A stretch of DNA of 64,000 bases, from contig CP084167.1 in NCBI GenBank assembly GCA_021513715.1, forward strand, positions 2,016,001 through 2,080,000. Direction: 5' to 3'. Every line of letters starts with the position of its first letter. The first letter of the stretch is position 1. Made by a program: the position numbers and the translations under genes. The notes under the pieces were generated by a model. That model ran no database searches. It saw only the letters and a list, made by a program, of their open reading frames with translations, and was not told the DNA's origin. This DNA is from Candidatus Heimdallarchaeum endolithica. Lineage in GTDB: Archaea > Asgardarchaeota > Heimdallarchaeia > Heimdallarchaeales > Heimdallarchaeaceae. This document shows, piece after piece, positions 19,128 to 28,863 of the stretch.

Positions 19128-20745
19128 AGTACATTCCTTCCTTTATTAGATAACTTATAGCGTTTCTTTGAGGTTGAGAGAGTTTCTTCAAATGTGTATA
19201 GTCTACTCGTTCAACTTCCATTTTCTCTTTTTCTTCATCGAGTTCAGTTTTGTATGCATCCTTTCTTTTCGTTACTTGAACAGCTCTAGTCACAATAGGC
19301 AAGTTATAGGGACTAATTGGTTGTTTTCTACTAATTTTATGGACAGCAAACAAAGTTGCAACGTGCATACCTCTGATTTTTTTGAAAGCGATAATGTCTG
19401 CAAAAGCAGGAAGTATGGTAGCAAAATCTTCACGATATAAAGCCATGTGATTATGCAAAATAACCAATTGATCTAGTCCCACACCTTCGTTATTGATTTC
19501 AAAGACATAAACTTTCTTTTCATCAACAGTTAAATATCCCTTGAATTCTATTTTTGGGTTATCATCCATCAATTGTCCAAAAGTACTGTATTTCTTTCTA
19601 TATATCTTTTTGATGTAATTTTCCAGTTGTGTCCAACCATAAGCATAAACAGACCAAATATCAGTGAAATTGGTAGTTGTTACATGCCAATCCTTTAACA
19701 CTTTTTCTGAATGAGCTCTTTTTTGTTCAGACACCCAATTTTTTAGCTCTTGCCAATCGAAAGTCTCAAGAAATTCTAAATCAGTCCTAAAGCTAAACAG
19801 TTTATCAAACAATCTTTTTTCAATTTCTTCTGACGAAAGGCTCTCCTTTTTCTCTTTTTCTATTTGTTCGCTTATAGCCAATTTTAGTTTATCAACTAAG
19901 AACAAACTTATTTTTCCAACAGGGGGAGCCATAAAGGGTTTAAGTTCTTTAGGAAGATTCTTGGGGACCTGTTTATTTTTATTCAAATAATCTAAATGCA
20001 TCCTTTGAATATAGAATGCAAATCCTTCATCGATTAAATCGTGGAGATGTTTCTTTCTTGATTCTTTTGCTCTTTCCTTTAGAACCTTAATAACCTCAAT
20101 TGAAAAGTTGTTGAATAAAGTGTATTTTCTTGCTTCTTCAGGAGGAGAATAAAAGTCTTGTACTCCAGCCTCAACAAACAATCGTATAACGCTTATTAGA
20201 TCCTGATAGTACTGCCAAGTCCACATCAACTGTTTGTTTGTTTCTTCGTTAATTTTGTAAGCATTATTTTGGAATAATTCTTTCAAAATTACATCTAATT
20301 GGTATATACGAGATAATTGTCTAGGATTATTGGATTCTGTTTTTTCATTCATATAGGCATGAGCAAAAGCATGAACTAGCATTATTCTCAAAGTTAATTT
20401 CTCTTCCTCTGTCAATTCATAACGAGGTGTTGAAAGATAAATTAAAGTAGGTATGCTGTTAAAAACTGTTTCTTTTCCTAACGGCATATATTCATTATTT
20501 CTTGCAGATTGTAGATGAACAACTTCTTCAGCAGTTAAGATTGCTTGGGGAGTTCCTGCACTTTCAATCACCCGATTAACAGAAATATGTAGGTCAGGGT
20601 TAAGAAATATTAGTATTCTATAATTCTCTGGTGTTTCTCCTACCAGTTCTAAGAAATCTTTTCTTGCTTTTAGATACACATTAATGATATCAGCTAATTC
20701 GTCTTTATGCATGGTAAATACTCTCCCGTAGTACTTGCTCTCCAA
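19120..20745 (-). CDS. Hypothetical protein with degenerate gluzincin motifs (probable pseudo-protease)
   Basis: LVHAFAHAY (HExxH with E->A) and downstream DEGFAFY; likely start ATG 20712 overlapping the vWA stop. Confidence 0.6.
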   Translation of the reverse strand: MESKYYGRVFTMHKDELADIINVYLKARKDFLELVGETPENYRILIFLNPDLHISVNRVIESAGTPQAILTAEEVVHLQSARNNEYMPLGKETVFNSIPTLIYLSTPRYELTEEEKLTLRIMLVHAFAHAYMNEKTESNNPRQLSRIYQLDVILKELFQNNAYKINEETNKQLMWTWQYYQDLISVIRLFVEAGVQDFYSPPEEARKYTLFNNFSIEVIKVLKERAKESRKKHLHDLIDEGFAFYIQRMHLDYLNKNKQVPKNLPKELKPFMAPPVGKISLFLVDKLKLAISEQIEKEKKESLSSEEIEKRLFDKLFSFRTDLEFLETFDWQELKNWVSEQKRAHSEKVLKDWHVTTTNFTDIWSVYAYGWTQLENYIKKIYRKKYSTFGQLMDDNPKIEFKGYLTVDEKKVYVFEINNEGVGLDQLVILHNHMALYREDFATILPAFADIIAFKKIRGMHVATLFAVHKISRKQPISPYNLPIVTRAVQVTKRKDAYKTELDEEKEKMEVERVDYTHLKKLSQPQRNAISYLIKEGMYYV

Positions 20746-22090
20746 GTTTGTTAATTTGTGCAGGATCTACTAAAATAGGTTTAGTTATACCTTTCAACAT
20801 TTGATACGTATGACTATAAATTTCCTTTTTTCTCAAAGCTTCTGTACCCATCAAAAAGTAACTTATGTTCCAATTTCTATTAGGATCTGATTTTAAGTGT
20901 TTAAATATTGCATTTAGTTGTAATAAGCATTCTATTGTCTCTGGACTGGTTTTAGTATCGATTGAATTGAAATAATTCTTTAATGAAGAACTAATTTTGT
21001 AATTAAATGGATAAACAGGTATGTTTGGCATACCATCTGTTACAATTGTAAGCTGAACATCGATATTTTTATGTTTATACTGTGCTTTAGCATGCTCAAT
21101 AGCTTTCAAAACACTGCTTACAGTATGTGTCTTTCCTTTTGCTTTAGCATTCAATAAAAGATCTTCCATTTTTGTATCATCATCTACTACAAATGGGTTT
21201 CTAACAATAGGAACTACTGCAAGTTGAAACATATCGTATCTTTTTCTTTTTCTCCTGTTGGCAGTCTTAAAGTAGTAATATAAACTTAGAGCAGTTAACA
21301 GAGCTCCATCTAACCTTGTCATTCCCCCCTCAAACACTTCTTTTTGCATTGATTGGCTCAAATCCACTAAGAAATATACTAAACTTCTTCTATCCTTTTT
21401 CACACGAATAATATCTTCTTGTTTTACGCGCGTTGGAGGAATTGATTGGGAACTAAGCACTGCACTTTTATAGGTTTCTCGAAGTCTAATTGTTCCTCTT
21501 GGGCGTTTTTGAACTTCATCAATAGGAAGAACATTGATTTGCTTTAATAGGTAATGCCCAAGGATGTTACCTAAAACATCCATCACTTCTTCTCGTTTTA
21601 TCCTCTTCTTTCTTCCATATGCATCTGTAATTTCCAAATCAACAATATCTTTAAGAGAGTTCAACTTATCTGCAAGAAGATTAAGATCAACTGTTCCCTC
21701 ATACTTCAGTTCTCGAAGTAAATTCTGGATGTATCGGATAATATCGTCCACTGTTTGAAGTTCATTCTTGTTTACGCGTTCTAGGACATCAGGGAGGACT
21801 CTATCTCCAATAAACTGTAATATTTTTAGTTCATTAATTAGTCTCTCTTCTTCTGCTTCAGTAAGATATGTTGTCATTATTTTTTGGAGTATGTTTTGGA
21901 TTGCAACAGCGTTTTTTGCACCTAAAGATAGTACAGCTCCTTCTCTAGAGCTCCTACCTAGGTGAGGATTACGCCAAAGTTTTAATAATTCAGCAGCACC
22001 TTCAAAGTCTAATATAAACTCAGCATCGCCGTAATTTTGTAGGGGGTCTCTAAACTCTGATTCCGTAAGTAAAAAAATTCGATGGGGCAT
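20705..22090 (-). CDS. von Willebrand factor A domain protein
   Basis: MIDAS DLSQSM...GKT...IVTDGMPN in the C-terminal half; adjacent to AAA+ ATPase. Confidence 0.85.
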   Translation of the reverse strand: MPHRIFLLTESEFRDPLQNYGDAEFILDFEGAAELLKLWRNPHLGRSSREGAVLSLGAKNAVAIQNILQKIMTTYLTEAEEERLINELKILQFIGDRVLPDVLERVNKNELQTVDDIIRYIQNLLRELKYEGTVDLNLLADKLNSLKDIVDLEITDAYGRKKRIKREEVMDVLGNILGHYLLKQINVLPIDEVQKRPRGTIRLRETYKSAVLSSQSIPPTRVKQEDIIRVKKDRRSLVYFLVDLSQSMQKEVFEGGMTRLDGALLTALSLYYYFKTANRRKRKRYDMFQLAVVPIVRNPFVVDDDTKMEDLLLNAKAKGKTHTVSSVLKAIEHAKAQYKHKNIDVQLTIVTDGMPNIPVYPFNYKISSSLKNYFNSIDTKTSPETIECLLQLNAIFKHLKSDPNRNWNISYFLMGTEALRKKEIYSHTYQMLKGITKPILVDPAQINKLGEQVLRESIYHA

Positions 22091-22115
22091 TAGTTTTTGC
22101 CACCTTCACCAAATT

Positions 22116-23669
22116 TTAGATATAGTCTACCTTCAATAGAGCTTCATAACTCGGTTTGAGTTGTTCAACGATTTTAGGTAAAACATCTGATTCATAGTAT
22201 CGTTCTAGTTTTTCGTAATTGATAATCAATTCTGATAATTCTTCGTCACTTAATGCCTTCATCTTTGATATATCTTCACTTATATCTTCTGCTTTAACAG
22301 CCATTCCTGCGCTTTTAAGGTTGGACCTGAGTTTTATTTTTATTTCTTGTAGTGCATCATTTACCATTGCTAAAGGAATATCATAATCGTCTAATACTTT
22401 TCTTACATGTTCTATTGTAACAACATTATATTCTTCATCTTGGAGCTCTCGTTCTCTATTGAGCAACACGCTACCTACAATGTTTGATGTTGTACGTAAA
22501 TCTATATGTGGATTTCTTTGAGGATCATGAATTTCATCTAATCCTGCATAAAAGTCTAATCTTTGAACCCTGCTTTCAGAACGAATTCGTCCTTTTTTAA
22601 GAGCTTCTGGTAAAGAGTTGTTTCCAATGAATGCTAGGAAATCTATGGCTAATTTACTCACATAATCCTTCGAGCTTTTTTCTCGATCATATAATTGAAC
22701 AATACTTGGGTTTGCAGTTATTTTTTGTCTAGAGAGCGTAACTTGTTCTCTGAACATATCCCGAACAATTTGACTCCTACTTTCCACAGATCTTGCTGGC
22801 CAAAGAACTTCTGGAATACGATTGATAATAGGTTGTGATTCTTCTCCAAATACTGTTAAGGGAGCATTAGAAGTGAATATCATTGCTCCATCAATATAAA
22901 CAGGTTCACCTTGAAGATTATACTTTATTGAAGTTGTGTCTTCAAGAAATCCCATCAGTGCTTCAAGCAATGATAGGGGAAGACGCTGAATTTCGTTAAC
23001 TACAATAAAACCTTTACTAAGCACACCTACTTTATGTGATGTTGGAGTATAAGTTGTTGAAGTTTCCTTTCCAAACAGTTCTTCTAGATTCTCTACACCA
23101 GCTAATAGCATATAGAGGCTTTCAGGGTCTGTTCTTGGGTCAAGTTGTGCTTTCCGTACAACAGTTTTTTCCACACCGATTTTCAATAATTTTTCTTTGA
23201 ATTCAGCAGGTTTAATTTTAAGTATACTAGATGTATTATCTAATTTTACATCTCCTTTTCCATCACTCAAAGCATTTTCTATTTTAGTTCGACAGAAAGG
23301 ACAAAGAGATTGTAAGACCCTTATCCCATTAAAAGGATCAACTTCAAATTGCTCTACAACATCAATAATGTATCCTGCATCCTCAAGGAAAGGACAGGAA
23401 TCAATATGATACTTATGATCATTAATTTCTCGAACAATGTGATCTAGGAGAATACGACTGAATAGCGTTTTAGCTTCTCCTGTAGGACCTGTAATAAGCA
23501 CTTTTCCTCCGACAGCAAGCTTATCCATGACTAAATTCTTTGCGTCTTCATTTCCTCTAACACTTGGATCATTGATTACACGTTTTCTAAATTCGTTATT
23601 CATTAATATATGCCTAACTGAATACCCTTTATAGCCAGTTTTTATTAATTCCTCAACTGTATTGACCAT
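22116..23669 (-). CDS. AAA+ ATPase, ChlI/MoxR (helix-2 insert) clade
   Basis: Walker A GPTGEAKT, CPF...CPFC insert, Walker B IVVNEIQR, FTSN sensor-1, IINR arginine finger; N-terminal TVEELIKTGY..SVR resembles bacterial Mg-chelatase-like ATPases paired with vWA proteins. Confidence 0.8.
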   Translation of the reverse strand: MVNTVEELIKTGYKGYSVRHILMNNEFRKRVINDPSVRGNEDAKNLVMDKLAVGGKVLITGPTGEAKTLFSRILLDHIVREINDHKYHIDSCPFLEDAGYIIDVVEQFEVDPFNGIRVLQSLCPFCRTKIENALSDGKGDVKLDNTSSILKIKPAEFKEKLLKIGVEKTVVRKAQLDPRTDPESLYMLLAGVENLEELFGKETSTTYTPTSHKVGVLSKGFIVVNEIQRLPLSLLEALMGFLEDTTSIKYNLQGEPVYIDGAMIFTSNAPLTVFGEESQPIINRIPEVLWPARSVESRSQIVRDMFREQVTLSRQKITANPSIVQLYDREKSSKDYVSKLAIDFLAFIGNNSLPEALKKGRIRSESRVQRLDFYAGLDEIHDPQRNPHIDLRTTSNIVGSVLLNRERELQDEEYNVVTIEHVRKVLDDYDIPLAMVNDALQEIKIKLRSNLKSAGMAVKAEDISEDISKMKALSDEELSELIINYEKLERYYESDVLPKIVEQLKPSYEALLKVDYI

Positions 23670-23705
23670 TTAAATGCACCATTTATCATTCTTTCAAGTA
23701 AAGAT

Positions 23706-24305
23706 TTAAGATTCATTATCATTTTTCTTATCTACAATAACAATCTTTTTTTGAGAAAGTTTAGTTTTAAGACTTTCTTTTCTTTCCCAATCTAATGTCC
23801 AACCCATCCATATCGCTTCCTTAAGCCAGTTTAATGCGCTTAATAAGTCGTTAACGTCTCCAACCTCAAATAGCTTCCAAACCCTATCTGTTAATCTAAC
23901 AAGCGACAGATTCTCTATCAGTTCTCCACTTGTTAAAGAGCCTTGTAAATTACTATTATAAGCACAAATTGCTATTGGTTTTTCTCTTAGATCCTCGTTC
24001 CAAATGATTCTTTCCCAAAAGAAAGCTCGCTCATGCTTAATCATATCTTCTTTTGTAGCATCGATAAGATATAAAATCCCCTCAAATGTTTCGAAAAGTT
24101 TAGGCTTAAACTTAAACTTGTCTTCAACTGGAAGCTTAGAAAGATAGTCATCTAAAAGAAAATCATCAATTGAGATTTCTGCATTTAACAGTTTTACTCT
24201 ATTTCTAGCTGCTGGAGTATCATTTCCCATAATCAATATTGAAACTTCTGGCTTTCCCAATCGTCTTCGAATTGAGAGCAATAGTTGATTTATTTTGTTG
24301 GACAT
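23706..24305 (-). CDS. Arf-family small GTPase-like protein with degenerate nucleotide-binding motifs
   Basis: Arf scaffold retained (SILIMG, EGILYLID, LREKPIAICA, ELIENLSL..LTDRVWKLF, DLLSALNWL); G1 is GNDTPAAR, no DxxGQ, G4 is YNSN. Confidence 0.7.
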   Translation of the reverse strand: MSNKINQLLLSIRRRLGKPEVSILIMGNDTPAARNRVKLLNAEISIDDFLLDDYLSKLPVEDKFKFKPKLFETFEGILYLIDATKEDMIKHERAFFWERIIWNEDLREKPIAICAYNSNLQGSLTSGELIENLSLVRLTDRVWKLFEVGDVNDLLSALNWLKEAIWMGWTLDWERKESLKTKLSQKKIVIVDKKNDNES

Positions 24306-24393
24306 TGTCTCTTGATTTCGAGAAATAATAAATGTTTATAAGGATTTCATTTCGAAGGAAAAATAATTAATGATATAAACATACTAGAAAAAT

Positions 24394-24915
24394 ATGAACG
24401 AAACTAAACGTAGAATTTTAAACGTTGTAGTAGCAGGAATACGTGACACAGCAGAAAATAAATGGTTATTAATTCGTCGAGAGAGAGGAGATTATATTGG
24501 AAAATGGGCCTTGGTAGGAGGAAAGTTAGAATTTGGAGAAACAATTAAAGAAGCATGTTTAAGGGAAGTTTTAGAAGAGACTAATCTAAAAGTAAAATGG
24601 AAAAAACAGACAGCTGTAATAAACGAACGTTTAATTGAACATAACACAAAAAAACAACTAAAACAATTTCTTATTTTCTTGGCTGAGACAACAGTAAAAT
24701 CTGGAAATGTAAAAGAAACAGACGAGGGGACTCTTTCATGGTTTTCAGAAGAAGAAATTAGAAATATGAAAAGAGATATCATACCAAGTGACTTTTTTAT
24801 GTTAACAAATATTTTGATTCCTAACAATCAGTTTCCCGAAACAATAGAGATTGATATGATACAAAATGGCAATGAGTTATATATCGCTAAAATAGTAAAT
24901 CAAAATGAGACTTAA
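24394..24915 (+). CDS. NUDIX hydrolase
   Basis: Nudix box GGKLEFGETIKEACLREVLEETNL. Confidence 0.92.
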   Translation: MNETKRRILNVVVAGIRDTAENKWLLIRRERGDYIGKWALVGGKLEFGETIKEACLREVLEETNLKVKWKKQTAVINERLIEHNTKKQLKQFLIFLAETTVKSGNVKETDEGTLSWFSEEEIRNMKRDIIPSDFFMLTNILIPNNQFPETIEIDMIQNGNELYIAKIVNQNET

Positions 24916-25938
24916 GTGAAAAAAATGGATGTATTAAAAGAAGTTATTAAAGCAGAATGGAGAATTAAACAACATATAAGAAAAACACCCCTTGAATTTT
25001 CTCCTTATCTTAGCAGAATAACTGATTCAAGGGTTTTCTTAAAATTAGAAAATATTCAAGTTACAAACTCATTCAAAGTAAGGGGAGCTTTTAACAAACT
25101 AATTTACTTAAAAAATCAAGGTATTCATTCTAACATTATTACTGCGTCCACGGGAAATCATGGTCTTGCTGTAGCTTACGCACTAGATAAACTTGGTTTA
25201 GGTGGTACAATTTATCTTCCATTAACTGTAAAAACAAACAAAGTAGAATCTCTTAAAGAATATAATGTAAATATAGAATTTTATGGACATGATTGTCTTC
25301 AAACAGAACTTTATGCCAAAAAAAAAGCAAAAGAAAAAAAGGCACATTATGTTAGTCCATACAACGATATTCATATTATTGCTGGTCAAGGAACTATTGC
25401 CCGTGAAATTGAAACACAAGAAACTAATATAGATTGTGTTTTTGTTCCTGTAGGAGGTGGGGGGTTAATTTCAGGTATTGCAGGATATTTAAAAGAAAAT
25501 AAAAAAACAAAGAATACATCTATCTTCGGTTGTCAACCTAAAAATTCTCCTGTGATGAGCAAGTCAGTTGAAGCTGGTAAGATAATAGATTATGATGTCA
25601 GCCCCACCATCTCTGATGCGAGTGCCGGGGGAATAGAAAAAGGATCAATCACTTTCGATTTTTGTTCCAAGTACGTCGACGATTTTATTATAGTATCAGA
25701 AGAAGAGATAAAAGAAGCAATAGAAATAATATATAATAAACATTTCATGATAGCAGAAGGAGCAGGGGTCTTATCACTTGCGTCTTTTTTGAAAGAACAA
25801 GAAAAATTTGCCAATAAAACAGTGGTTTTGGTTATTTCTGGAGGAAAGTTACCAAAAGAGGTACTAGCAGAAATTATCTGTAAAAAAGAAAAAGAAAAAA
25901 TATTCGTTAACCCATTAGATTCTTTAAGACAGCCATAG
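24916..25938 (+). CDS. Threonine/serine dehydratase (PLP, fold type II)
   Basis: KLENIQVTNSFKVRGA, ASTGNHG, PVGGGGLISG, ISGG; no ACT domain. Confidence 0.88.
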   Translation: MKKMDVLKEVIKAEWRIKQHIRKTPLEFSPYLSRITDSRVFLKLENIQVTNSFKVRGAFNKLIYLKNQGIHSNIITASTGNHGLAVAYALDKLGLGGTIYLPLTVKTNKVESLKEYNVNIEFYGHDCLQTELYAKKKAKEKKAHYVSPYNDIHIIAGQGTIAREIETQETNIDCVFVPVGGGGLISGIAGYLKENKKTKNTSIFGCQPKNSPVMSKSVEAGKIIDYDVSPTISDASAGGIEKGSITFDFCSKYVDDFIIVSEEEIKEAIEIIYNKHFMIAEGAGVLSLASFLKEQEKFANKTVVLVISGGKLPKEVLAEIICKKEKEKIFVNPLDSLRQP

Positions 25939-26860
25939 TTGTGTGTAGCCTATTTTCTGCTTCATCAAAAACTACAGAATTTTCTGACTCGAATACACTT
26001 TCTTCTGCTTCTTTGTGTTTATATGGAAGGCAGTGCATAAATATGTAATCAGGCTTTGCATTTGCGACTAATTCTTCTGTAACAACGTAATGCTTGAATG
26101 CTTCGAGTTTTTTCTTAGCTTCAGCTTCTTCACCCATAGAAACAAAAGTATCTGTTACTACAACATCGGCATCCTTTACAGCTTCAACAGGGTCATGTGT
26201 CATAACTAATTTTGCGCCACTTTCTTCTGCAAATTCCTCGCACATTTGAACTACATCCTCAGGGATTTCATAACCTTTTGGAGTAGCAACATACATATCG
26301 ATACCCATTTTAGAACAACCAATTAGTAAAGAGTTAGCAACATTATTACCATCTCCAACCCAGGCTAATTTTAATCCTTTTAGCTTTCCTTTGTGTTCTT
26401 CAATAGTTAATAGGTCAGCTAATATCTGTAAAGGATGGAATTTATCTGAGAGAGCATTTATCACTGGAATACTTGCATATTCTGCTAGTTTTTCTACATC
26501 AGAATGAGCATACACGCGAGCTAAAATACCATCATTAAAACGGGATAAAACACGAGCAGTATCTTGTATGGTTTCACCAGCTCCTAACTGAATATCATCA
26601 GCACTTAGGAATATGGCATGACCACCTAAAAAGTACATAGCTGTTTCTGTTGAAACACGAGTACGAGTGGAACGTTTCTGGAAAATCATTGCAAGTGTTA
26701 AACCTTTCAAAGGTTTAGTTCGCTCATAAGCCTTAAATTGCTTTTTCAATTTCTTTGATTCATCTAAAAGAAATCGGATCTCTTCAGGAGTGAAATCAGC
26801 TAAAGTTAACAAATTACGTTCTTTGAGGTCCATAAGACTCACCAATTCTCTTGAAATCAT
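25907..26860 (-). CDS. argF: Ornithine carbamoyltransferase
   Basis: STRTR, HPLQ, GDGNN, SMG, HCLP, EAENRLH; likely start ATG 26833 behind a GGTGA RBS. Confidence 0.95.
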   Translation of the reverse strand: MISRELVSLMDLKERNLLTLADFTPEEIRFLLDESKKLKKQFKAYERTKPLKGLTLAMIFQKRSTRTRVSTETAMYFLGGHAIFLSADDIQLGAGETIQDTARVLSRFNDGILARVYAHSDVEKLAEYASIPVINALSDKFHPLQILADLLTIEEHKGKLKGLKLAWVGDGNNVANSLLIGCSKMGIDMYVATPKGYEIPEDVVQMCEEFAEESGAKLVMTHDPVEAVKDADVVVTDTFVSMGEEAEAKKKLEAFKHYVVTEELVANAKPDYIFMHCLPYKHKEAEESVFESENSVVFDEAENRLHTTMAVLKNLMG

Positions 26861-26947
26861 ATAACCTTAAAAAATGTTCGATTTCACTGTTTGAATACTA
26901 TAGCTAATAAAAAATTTAAGAAAAAAAGAGAAAACAAGTTTAACCAT

Positions 26948-28171
26948 TTAGATGACTTTAATCTTTTTCCCGACTTTAGTTATAATCTCTAAAGCTTCAT
27001 CTATAAGATCAGCGTTCATTGAAGCCATATAAGAAGTACGTAACAATTCACGACCTTTAGGGGTAGCTGGAAAACGCACAGGATTAGTGAAAACACCCTT
27101 AGGTTCATGTTTATAAAGTTCATGAAAGAACTTTAACATCTTTTTCTCTGATCCTATAATTAGAGGAATAATTGCTGTATGGCTATCTGTTACCTCAAAA
27201 CCAGCATCACTTAAACCAGTCTTCATTTTTAGAGCCATATCCAAGAGGTTTCTCTGATAGGAATCATCTTTTTCAATAATGTCAAGAATAGCAAGAACAG
27301 TTGCACAAGTAGAAGGTGGAGGGCTCGCGGTGAAAATAAATGGACGAGACTTATGACGAATCCAGTTACAGACCTCCTTACTGGCTGCGATATATCCTCC
27401 AACAGAAGCAAAACTCTTAGAAAATGTTCCCATAATTAAATCAATCTTATCTGTGACACCGAAATAGTCTGATGTTCCTCTACCATGAGAACCTAAAACA
27501 CCAACTCCATGAGCATCATCGATATAGACAAAAGCATCATAGTCTTCAGCTAAATCCACGAGATGACCTAAAGGAGCAATATCTCCCTCCATTGAAAAAA
27601 CACCATCGGTAATAATCATACCTTTACCTTTAGGTACGGAACGTAAACCTTTTTCCAAATCATCCATATCATTATGTTTGAAAATATACTTGTTTTCTTG
27701 ATTAAAACGCCCCAACCTAATACCATCAATTATTGAAGCATGATTATATTGATCTGATATAACCCATTCATCCTCCTCTGACAATAAAGCAGAAATAGAG
27801 CCAAAGTTTGCAAGTAAGCCAGTTGAGAAAACAACACAATCTTCCATACCCAGAAAATTAGCTAAACGTTGCTCTAACTCCACATGAAGTTCCATTGTCC
27901 CATTTAGCAGTCGAGAACCAGTAGTACCCACACCAAATTCGTTAATTGTTTCAATAGCTTTTTCCTTTACTCTTGGGTGACTAGTCATTCCGAGGTAGTT
28001 ATTACTACCTAGCATAATAGTAGGTTTTCCATCCATTTCAACAACAGGATTTTGTTCAGAATTAATATGCATAAAATAAGGATAAACACCAACTTTCTTA
28101 GCCATAGTAGGAGCGCCAAATTTATAATAGCGATTACATTTTTTCCTGAATTTAGACATCGAATAAATCAC
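26948..28171 (-). CDS. Alpha-oxoamine synthase family PLP enzyme, serine palmitoyltransferase-like
   Basis: GVYPYF, GSNNYLG, GSRLLNGT, HASIIDG, DGVFSMEGD, DDAHG, GTFSKS (PLP lysine); likely start ATG 28159. Confidence 0.8.
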   Translation of the reverse strand: MIYSMSKFRKKCNRYYKFGAPTMAKKVGVYPYFMHINSEQNPVVEMDGKPTIMLGSNNYLGMTSHPRVKEKAIETINEFGVGTTGSRLLNGTMELHVELEQRLANFLGMEDCVVFSTGLLANFGSISALLSEEDEWVISDQYNHASIIDGIRLGRFNQENKYIFKHNDMDDLEKGLRSVPKGKGMIITDGVFSMEGDIAPLGHLVDLAEDYDAFVYIDDAHGVGVLGSHGRGTSDYFGVTDKIDLIMGTFSKSFASVGGYIAASKEVCNWIRHKSRPFIFTASPPPSTCATVLAILDIIEKDDSYQRNLLDMALKMKTGLSDAGFEVTDSHTAIIPLIIGSEKKMLKFFHELYKHEPKGVFTNPVRFPATPKGRELLRTSYMASMNADLIDEALEIITKVGKKIKVI

Positions 28172-28350
28172 TCTTAGATACGCTAGTCTTAATCTTTTTA
28201 GGTTGTTTATATTTTTAATTATTAATTGCTACAAGCAAAGTAAGTAAAAAAACCTATATTAAAAAAAATTAACAGTTCAAGACAAAAAATAAAGTTTGAT
28301 GTTTATAAAAATTACAAAAAAAACGAGGAATAAGAAAAATGGATAATATT

Positions 28351-28665
28351 CTAGGAACTATCTGCTGTTACAATTTCCATTAAAGAAAGAATTTCCTCCA
28401 ATTTAGATTCTAAATCAATTCCAACAAGCCCAGCTAAAGCTAAAGTGCTTAATAAACTCTCAACTAATTCATCCTCAATATACGGATCAGATTCTAATCC
28501 CTCAATGTCACTCTGAATTTGATTTGCAAAAGCATCAAGCATCCTCTCCCCTATTATCCTACTAGGAAGTTTGGGAATACGAACTGTGTCTGTTTGCTTT
28601 ATACTATTTCTACTATGAATAAGTTCAAGTAATTTCTCTTGGGCTTGTGCTATTGTTGTCATCAT
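28351..28665 (-). CDS. Hypothetical protein, weak resemblance to MazG-like all-alpha NTP pyrophosphatases
   Basis: EDELVESLLSTLALA...GIDLE pattern; start taken at ATG 28665 rather than 28746. Confidence 0.45.
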   Translation of the reverse strand: MMTTIAQAQEKLLELIHSRNSIKQTDTVRIPKLPSRIIGERMLDAFANQIQSDIEGLESDPYIEDELVESLLSTLALAGLVGIDLESKLEEILSLMEIVTADSS

Positions 28666-28747
28666 ACCACCAGTTTTTGCTTTCACTATATTAACTGAGA
28701 TGTTATTATTTAAAAAGTAACCTAATATAATATTAAACTTTCTCATT

Positions 28748-28863
28748 GTTTCAGTGGAAATCTATAACAAAAGGTTCTTTCTTTAGTGTTTATTAGAAAG
28801 AGACATTAGAGGCGCCAAAAATGATAAAAATGGAATACTCCATTGGAAATGAAGGGGAGGGGG
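28748..28863 (+). promoter_or_regulatory. Two ORB-like elements (candidate replication origin)
   Basis: GTTTCAGTGGAAAT (28748-28761) and CTCCATTGGAAATGAAGGGGAGGGGG (28838-28863; ORB core plus G-string), followed by an A-rich tract. Confidence 0.55.
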
